Source: a virus (taxonomy: Duplodnaviria; Caudoviricetes). Taken from it: DNA of 64,000 bases. Where the stretch lies: IMG/VR virus record IMGVR_UViG_3300028833_000083, positions 62,114 to 126,113 of that record, one strand, 5' to 3'. The notes under the pieces were generated by a model. That model had not been told where the DNA came from and made no database searches. It saw nothing but the letters and a program-made list of their open reading frames with translations. Made by a program: the position numbers and the translations under genes. Below are positions 38,755 to 48,300 of the stretch, piece after piece. Each line of letters begins with the position of its first letter. Within the stretch, counting starts at the first letter, position 1.

Positions 38755-39298
38755 AGATTTTTTTGGTCAATTAAATAGAGAGCTGAATAATTTAAAAAAT
38801 GATATAGGGAATCATGTTGCCGAAGAGGCTAAACATAGATTAAGTGCTGTAGCCAATAAAGCTATTAAAGATTTTTATGATGATTACATTCCTAGAAATT
38901 ATTCTCGACATTATCAATTTGAAACTAAAGCGTTTCGTCCGTATCGTAATACAAATATTAGTAGTGGTAAGTATTATGGAGGTATACGTCTTACTCCCGA
39001 ACTTTTTGATGATGTATATGAAATAGACACATATAAGGTATATGGAATGGTTATGGGGTGTGTAATAGATAATTCTGTTACAGACAATCCCGATATAGAT
39101 TTCGATTCCATTGAAGCACTTGGAGGTTATCATGGCCCATTTAGTATTTTTAACAATGATCCTCCCCCAACTAGACCAGATCCTATTTCGCAAATATTTG
39201 ATGAATTAGAAAATATATATCTTGAGCAAGATATATTAATAAAGGATGCCATTGCTCAATCGAAAATAAAACGAAAATATAAATTAATAGATTTTTAA
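38723..39298 (+). CDS. Hypothetical tail-region protein
   Basis: GTG start after GGAGGT; FYDDYIPRNYSR motif. Confidence 0.55.
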   Translation: MEKKNKVAINKDFFGQLNRELNNLKNDIGNHVAEEAKHRLSAVANKAIKDFYDDYIPRNYSRHYQFETKAFRPYRNTNISSGKYYGGIRLTPELFDDVYEIDTYKVYGMVMGCVIDNSVTDNPDIDFDSIEALGGYHGPFSIFNNDPPPTRPDPISQIFDELENIYLEQDILIKDAIAQSKIKRKYKLIDF

Positions 39299-39313
39299 AG
39301 TGAGGTATAAACT

Positions 39314-42300
39314 ATGGCAAATTCAAAAATAATTAGCGCCAGTATTGCCGTTGATATAAAAAATTTACAAGAGGTTACTGGCGCGGTTCAAGGTCTGGGT
39401 CAAGAGTTGTCAAATATGAAGGTTGATAAAAATCTTGAACCTAGACTTAAAAATGTAGAAAAAACTTTAGCTGGTGCTGTTCAGATGATTTCTGAGGTAA
39501 CAAACAAAATAGATGTTTTATCTCAAGCTAGTGGAGTTAATCCTAAGACGCTTACTGATTTGGCGGCACTTACTAATTCTCTTGCAGAAACTAAAATTGC
39601 AGTTGATGCACTTGAGGCTAAATTTAATAATCTATCTAATAGTATAAAGGTTGGAGATGTTGGCGTAAAGCAAATAACTAATAGTATCACTAGCGACATA
39701 ACCAATATGACTTCTTCTATTAATGATAGTCTAAGTGAAACTGCATCTGCGATTAAAAGAGGCGGGAAAGAAATAGTTGAAAGCTACAATAATCTTCTTG
39801 AATGGATAAAAACAGAGAAAATTGCAGCGGACGATTTAACAAATGGCGATGCCGAAAAAGCTATTGAAATATTTAAAATAGAAGATGTTGATGATGTTGA
39901 TGCAAAAATAAAAAAAGTAAAACAAAGACTTCAAAAAGATTTAAAAGATTTTGCTGAGGCAACTAAAAATTTTAATAATGCAAAATTAAATAATGTCGAT
40001 AACGATGATTTGGAAAAATATGCTGAAAAGCAAGCTGAAGCTTTGGACAAACTCAAAGAAAGTTTTACTGCTTTTTATAATTATGCAGATTTAGATCATT
40101 TGTCTGGTGTAAAAGTTCCCAAGGCAATGCAAAATCTTCTTGACACTATAACAGTTGAATTGGGTGGTCTCGAAGGGAAGACATTCAAAACCTTTGAGGA
40201 AATATATGATTTTATAGATGTTATATCTAAAAATATTGAGGGCTCTATTGTTGGTGCTATTAAGTCAGTTGAAGGTGCAATGGAAGAAGCCAACAAGGCT
40301 GAAGTGCTAACTGAAAGAAAGGCGCCGAAAAAAAAGGCTGACACCAAAAAGAAAGTCGTTAATGGAAAAGAGAACAATGATGAAATAAGAACTGGTGTAG
40401 TTATAAAGGAAGGAACGGATGCTGAACTTATTGCAGAATTAAAAACTGTAATAGATAATCTCCAAAAGTTCGTTAATACACATCCTATCGAATTAGACGC
40501 CGTTATTAATCCAACTTGGGGAACTACGCAAACTACAAAGTATCTTAAGTCTATTCGTGAACAACTTTCTAAAAAAAATGGCAATATAGATGAGAAGCTT
40601 GCAGAGCGTATATATGGATTGCAAGATGCATTTGGAAAAGATTTTTCTGACGCTCTCAATCGTTCAATAGAAAAACTTAAGACAAGTTTAAGCAAGGAAG
40701 GATTTACAGTTGGAAAACTTAAAATTGAAGATTCCACTGTATCAAATTTTAAACAACAGCTTACAGATGCTATCGGAGAAGTAGAGGTTAATGTGCTTGC
40801 CAATATCCAAGGAATTGGATATGAAAATAAAAATTCAGACCCTGAATTACTTAGCAAGGCAGATGCTCTTTTTGATGAATTGCGAAATGCTGATAAATAT
40901 GATAATGAATTAATAAAAGAATTAGTTAATTTAATAAAAGAAAATAATCTTAATATTGATTTTTCTGATGCATATAAAGATCAAATTAAAAATATAGTTA
41001 AGGGTCTTGTTGATGGCACATATATGTCAATCCCTGAAGCAATAATGAAAAATAAGGGTCATTGGGGAGAAACACCTCAAGGTGAATTTACCAAAAATAG
41101 ACATTATATAAATGAATTAATTGATAAAATCAACAATACAAGAAGCCCTCAGAAAATAGCTGAGTATCAACAAGAACTTACAAGATTATACGCAAGGAAT
41201 CAAGAAATTGTTGCTCAATTAATGAGTGAGGTAAAAGATGAAGAGGAAACTCAGCCCATTAGTGAAATTACACAACAAGCTGAAAAGGTTGTTGTTAATA
41301 CTTCTAACGCAACAATTAATATAAACAATGGGACGATCAATGGCTCAGGAAATATTATAGATAATGTTGATCATGAACATGAAACTCCGAATGATATTTT
41401 TGGATATACCAAATTCATTGGAAAAGATGATCTTAATCAACTTAAAATTGACGAAAAAGAACATATAGATGAATTAAAAAAAGACAAAGATATAGCAAAA
41501 GAGACACGAAGACTTGAAAAGGCAATAAATGATGTAAAGAATATAGACGATTTATTAACGTCGTTTATGGCTGAAATTCCTTATGAAATAAATTATAATC
41601 TCACTAGGGATAAAAATGGAAAACTAATATATTCTAAAAATTCAGTAATAACCCAATTAGATGCAGGTAGTACGCCCGTTAATTCTACGTCTGCGTATAC
41701 TGTAGGTCAAATTCATAATCATCCAGGTGAGATGTCTTTTGATATTCCTTCAATACAAGACGTAGTATATGATTTTATACATATAGAACAAAAGATTCAT
41801 GATATAGCTTCTGAACTACAAAAGGGCGTAAATTCAGATTTGTTTAATGAATACAAATCCTATATTTCAAGTAATGGTAGTTTACTTACAGTAGATTATT
41901 CCGATCTGTTAAAAATGACTCCCGAACAACGTGATGATGAATATTTAACAAGGTTATCCAAATTTTTAGTGTCATCATTGTTTAATGATCAAGTAGGTTA
42001 TACTGATAAATTATTAACCAAGGACGAAGAAACACAAAGCATGTTTTTCCCCCTTCAATTACAAAGTAGTTATATAAATGAAGCATTCGGCAGGAAAACA
42101 ACAGAGGGTTTTTTCGATGAAAATGGTAAATGGGTATCTAGTAACTTTGAATCTGAACTTTCTCAAGAAATCATTACGCAATTAAATCAATTAGCAGACA
42201 TAATTAAGAATGAACTTATTAATGAATCTATAACTGATTTTGATAAAATACGTGACATGTTTGGCATGTTATCGGTTGAAACCATTAAGGGAGATGCGCT

Positions 42301-45300
42301 TAAGTTTTTCCAAAAAGTAGCTGAGCAAGCAGTTCAGAGGGGGATGATCTTCTCTGCTTCAGGAAATACTAATCAAACCGTATCGAATACTGTTAAAGAA
42401 ACTGCTAACAACATAGAGAATACAGTTAAAGAAATTGCTGAAAAATCAGAAGCAACATTAGTTGCTACTCGTGACGAACTTGTTAAAGCAGCGAATCAAA
42501 AATTTGCAGAGATATTAGCAGGAGAAAGGGCTGGCAATTTAGATTTCGATGCCATTGATACCTTAGTTAAAGACTTAAGACTAGCAGGGATAGATAAGCT
42601 TAGTTCTACTAAACTTGCTACTACTACCACTACTGGACGTATAGTCGATGCGATGCTTAAAGGTGACTATGCTTCTGCTCTTGAGGCATTTCGATCTACC
42701 ACTAGTCATTCTGACGAAGCTAAAGCAAGAGCATTAGAAGTTCAACAAATGTCTAAATTCTTTGAACGCTTCCAGAAACTCTATGCTATGCAAACCATAC
42801 AAAAAAAAGGTACTGGTAGTGAAAAGAGTATTCAGATGTTTGTGGATGCAGTTCGTAAGAGCGGTGTTGACTTCAAGGTTGATCCTAAATATCAGGATAA
42901 TGAAATTGGCAAGCTTATTAATTCGATGCTTACCAGAGGATATAAAACTGTAGCTGACGCTATTAATGCTAATAAGCAATCAAATGAGAATGTTGATAAT
43001 ACGCAGACAAATATAAACGGCCAATCGGTATCTATTGATACAACTAAAGTTACAATTAGCAGTCCTTCAGAGGTAAAAATAACTGGAACTCAACGTATTG
43101 CTGAGGCTACGCAAAAAATAAGTAATGCGACCATTGAAATTACAAATGGCAAATCCACGACTAATACTGTTGAAAAGGATAAGACAAATAAATCTGAAAA
43201 TAAACCAGTTGAATCTAATAATAATTCTAATAAAAATATAGATAATAAATCAAAGAAATTATTAGACGAATATAATAATAATGTTTTAGAAAGAGGAAAT
43301 CTTTCATTTGGTGATTATTTATATAAACAAGGACAAATATTATCAAAGTTACAAAACAACAATGTTGATGTAAAAAAAAGTCAAACTAACTCAATAAAAC
43401 ATTATCAGCAATATGTTGATGAAATAAATAAGATAATAAACACTACAACAGATAATATTTTAAAAGAACAATTAATACAGATACGAACAGATTTAATTGA
43501 CAATGTTAATATTCTTAATGCGCCAGTTACTTCTGACAATATAAAAGGTGCACAAGATGCTATACAAAATGTTTTAAAAAATATTAATGCCTTTGATAAA
43601 ATTTCAACAGGATTAGAATTAAAGGCAAAAGAAATAAATACGTTTCTTACAGCAATATCAAAAATAGATGAGATTATTTATAAAGGAAAAGATAAAAATC
43701 TTTCTAAGAGTGCACAAGAAACTATATTAAATGCAAATAAAAGAGCAGCAGAACTTAAAGATACATTAATGACTGCTCAAAAAAATAACGATTATTCTGA
43801 AATAGATATAGAATCTATACGTCAAGAATTATTTGATCTCCGATATAATGTTGGCGAAGCGATAAATCAAACTGTAGTAGACAAGCTCGATATAAAAAAA
43901 CTTGTAAGGAAACTTGATAATCTTCAGATAGATGAAGTTAAAGCAGATCCAACAGTTATTTCTAGGGTTAAACAATTAAGAAAACAACTTCAAAATATAG
44001 TTGATGATGATGCTAGGGAAATGTTAACCGAAGAATACAACAATTACTTTAAGGAGGTTTCCCAGCTTTCTGGTACAGTAAGTAAATCTGATAGAACATT
44101 CTTTGGTAATTTTATGAAAGAATGGCGACATAAAAATTATCAAATGATGGCACAGTTCTTCTCATTCTATGACATTATTCGTTATATGCGTGAGGCTGTT
44201 AATGTTGTTAAGCAATATGATACTGCACTCATTGAAATGATGAAAGTGTCTGATGAGACAAGATTCTCTCTTGAAAGATATCAGCAAACATTGTTCGATA
44301 CAGCTGATGCCATAGGCTCTTCTGCTCTTACGCTTGAACAGTCTACTGCCGACTGGATGCGTATAGGTGAATCTCTTACTGAAGCTGCCGAGTCTGCAAA
44401 AGCCGCCCAGATACTTATGAACGTATCCGAGTTCCAAGATATTAATAGTGCGACTCAGGCGCTTGTATCTGCGTCTCAAGCATATGCTGAACTTGACAAA
44501 ATGGAAATTGTTGACAAGATTAATAAACTTGGTAACGAATTTCCTATTGCCACCGATCAGCTTGCAACTGCACTTCAGAACTCTGCGGCAGCACTAACTA
44601 CTCAGGGTAATAGTCTTGAAGAAGCTCTTGCACTTGTTGTTGGCGGTAATATAATCACTCAGGATGCGCTTAAGACTGGTACTGGTATCAGGACAATTGC
44701 GCTTAGAATTGCGGGTACTAAAGAAGCAAAGGACGAACTTGCAGAGCTTGGAGAAGGCGTTGATGATTTTGTCGTAAGAACAGAATCAAAAACTCGTAAG
44801 CTTATTATGGATTATACCGCCGTTGCATCTAATGGATTCAAAGGCGTAGATATCTATAATGATAATGGTAATCTTCGTAGTACTTATGAGATCATGCAAG
44901 ACATTGCTGATATTTATAAGGAGATCCAGCTTGAAGATAGACAGGCGGGCACCAACAGAGCTAATGCCCTTGTAGAATTACTTGCAGGTAAAAACCGTTC
45001 AAATATCGCGGCAAGTATATTAACTAATCCCGACACTATTCGTGAAGCATATGAGGCGGCTCAAAATGCCGAAGGTAGTGCTATGCGCGAGAATGAGAAA
45101 TATCTCACTAGCGTAGAAGCACATATAACCATGTTTAAGAATGCGGTCGACGAGCTTATTACTAGTCTTATAGATTCGGGATTTATTAATGAGATAATTG
45201 ATTTCGGTACAACACTTGTAAATCTATTAAAAGAAATAACTGATGCAATAGGCGGTGTTGGCACTGCCTTGGCTGGTATTGGTATTGGCGTTGCGGCCAA

Positions 45301-48300
45301 AATGAATGTAATTACGGATAAAGATTATGGATTAATAAAATCTATAAAAACAATTGCCAATCAACCATTAGGCCAAGATGCATTAATGAAGCTTTACGCC
45401 AATACATCTAGTCCTGAAGAGTTAATGTCACAAATTGCTGGTAAAGGTTTAACAAGAGAAGGAGCTAAATTTCTTGAGGTAAACAATGTTACCAAGGATA
45501 TTGAGGGACTTGAAGAAGCAATTGTTGACGCTAAGGGTGCTACTAATGCTTTAAGTAGCGCTTGGCAAACAGTTGGGTTTTCCATAGCAGCCATTGTGAG
45601 TACAGTAATAATAGCTGCGATAGCTAATCATGTAAAAAAGATTAAAGAGGCTCAGAAGGCTACTCGTGAATATGCTAGAAGTGTAAAGGAACAATCTGAT
45701 TCTATAAAAGAATATGCAAAACGAATAGCGGATGCAAAGCAAATTATTGATGACGAAAGATCTTCTACCGATGAGGTCAGAGAAGCTAAAAATCAATTAC
45801 TTGATATTCAGAATGAACTCAATGATTCATATGATATTTATACAAATAAAATTAAAGACAGCAATACAGAATTAAAAAAGTCTATAGAATTATTAAAACA
45901 AGAAGCGATAGAAAATGCAAGAAAAGCCTTAGGCGAATCATATGGAGACGGCGGAACCTTTACGCCTTCTAGTAATGAAAAGGCCGAGAATGCGTTTAAT
46001 AATAGAATACAACTTGAGGATAAAAATAAGGTTACTAATAGTGCTGTTGCAAATTTGATAAGATCGTTAGGAATTGATTTAACAATTACTCAGAGCAGCG
46101 CATTTCTTGCTAGTTCAGACTATGAGACACTCGGCAAGGATTTAAATCAGGCCATCCAAATATTAAGTAGTCAAAAATATGAAAATAGCGAAATTGCAAC
46201 TCAGGCAAGAAACGTTCTGTCTGACGCATTAACAGAATACAACAAAGATATAGAAGAAAACAAAGATCTTGAATACAATAGAGGAATGGTTAGTGTTTAT
46301 GATACTAATCGAGAAAAATATAATCTTGCTGTTGACGCATATTTGCAAGCAAATATAGAACCTTCTGAAGAGAACAAGGAATTAGCAAAAAAATTAATAC
46401 TTGAATTATGGAAAGATATTGAGGCTGCTGAAAATACGGCTGGTATGTATTGGGCAAAACAATTCTTTAAGGGATATGAAGATGCCATTGAAGAACAAAT
46501 AACTGATAAAAAATTTTCTAATGAAATATATGAAGCTGGAAGTAATGGCGATATTGGCGAAATATTATCAGCGTACGCTAATTATGCAAGTAATGGTTCT
46601 CATAATTTATCCGCAGAACAAATTAAACAATATCTTGAAGGTAATTATGAAGGCGTTGATGAACAAGAGAAACAATATCTTGATGATATTGCGCGAATAA
46701 TTAATGAAAATAATATTTTTATAGATGAATTAATTGATTATTTAATTAATAATGGTTCGATAAAAACCGAAGATCGTCTTAAGTTTGAAGACTCTTATAA
46801 TGAACAAAAAGAAAATGCCAGAAAAGTACTGGGTATGTCTGAAGAAGATTTTGACGCACTCAACATAAGTAATGATGAAGAACTTACTAAGTGGAAAGAT
46901 ATTATAGCGGCTACCAATGACGCTAAAGAAGCCGTTCGTATGTATTATCTTGCAACTGCTGGATTTGGTGCCACATTAGATTCCAGTACTATTCTTAAAA
47001 ATATGCAAGAGCAATACAAGCCAGCATTTGATGCACTTGCTGAGTCCTATAAAGAAATCTTTGATGATAAAAATAATTATAAAGGTATAAGTAAAATTAC
47101 GGCTGAAAAACTTCAAGGCGTAAATGCACAATTTGAAGAAATAAATAAGAAACTTAAAGAAGCTGGATTAGATATAATTCCTCAAGATGCTATTAATAGT
47201 TTCTTAGATACTCTTTCAACCGAAGATATTTTAGATGACTCATTTACAACTAAGGCTGAAGAGGTTCATGCAGCATATAATAATATTGCAACCACAATAG
47301 TTGACAGTCTTAATCCAGCTCTTGGACAAGCATCGTTTGAAACTGTTAATCTGATGACTAAACAACTTAAACAGCTTGGAGTTACCAACGCTGAGGAAGT
47401 TATATTTACCAGACTTGGTTATACAATTGATGAATGTTCTACCGCAATGGATACTTATGCAGCGGCCAAAGAGGCAGCTGATGCAATAGATTTAGATCTT
47501 GACAAAGATGTGTCTGAATTTACTGCTGAAGAATGGGCTGCAATATCTAGTGATGAAGCCATTATGGAATACTACAGACATAGGGCTCGCCTTATGGCTG
47601 AAAATATTAGCACGGTTGAAGATGTACAAAACTTAGTAAACCTTACCAAAGCTCTTGGTGATACTACAGTTGGAGCTATAGCATTAGCTGAAGCTATAAG
47701 TAGATTAGACACAATCAATGCTAATACAGAAAAGATTGATGCTCTAAATGAGAAAATACAGAATGCTGGTCGTACTGGTGACTGGAGAGGCATAGCCGAA
47801 TACCAGCAACAGATCGATGCGCTTAAAAAAGAAAATGCTGACGTAGCAAGTTCTTTACTTGAAGATGTTAAGTATGAAGCTGAATTTGCATCTTCTGAAT
47901 GGGATGGAAATGAAGTTACATCTTCAACTGATAAAGGTTCAGAATCTAAGCAGAAGTTTGACTGGATCGAACGTGCAATCAAGAAAATCCAGCGCGCAGT
48001 AACTAATCTCGGTAAAGTGGCTGATGCCACATACAAAACATGGGGCGAACGTCTCGATGCTATTATGGGCAAGACGGAAGAGTTCCATGATGAGATTGGC
48101 CAGTTTGGACGTGGCAATATTGATCTGTATAATAGACCAGTATATCGAAAAATAGATGAAAACGGTGATGAATGGACAGAAACCACATTTAGCCATGTAG
48201 AAGAAGATGAATATGGTAGATGGGTATTAGTACCTAGGATAGCCAGAGACGATTATGGTAATGCATATGAAATGTCAGAACGAGAAGCATGGGGCCATTA

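Noticed and set aside
38221-39298. Programmed frameshift in a tail assembly chaperone
   Set aside because: No convincing slippery heptamer at the end of 38221..38754, and the next ORF has its own RBS and GTG start
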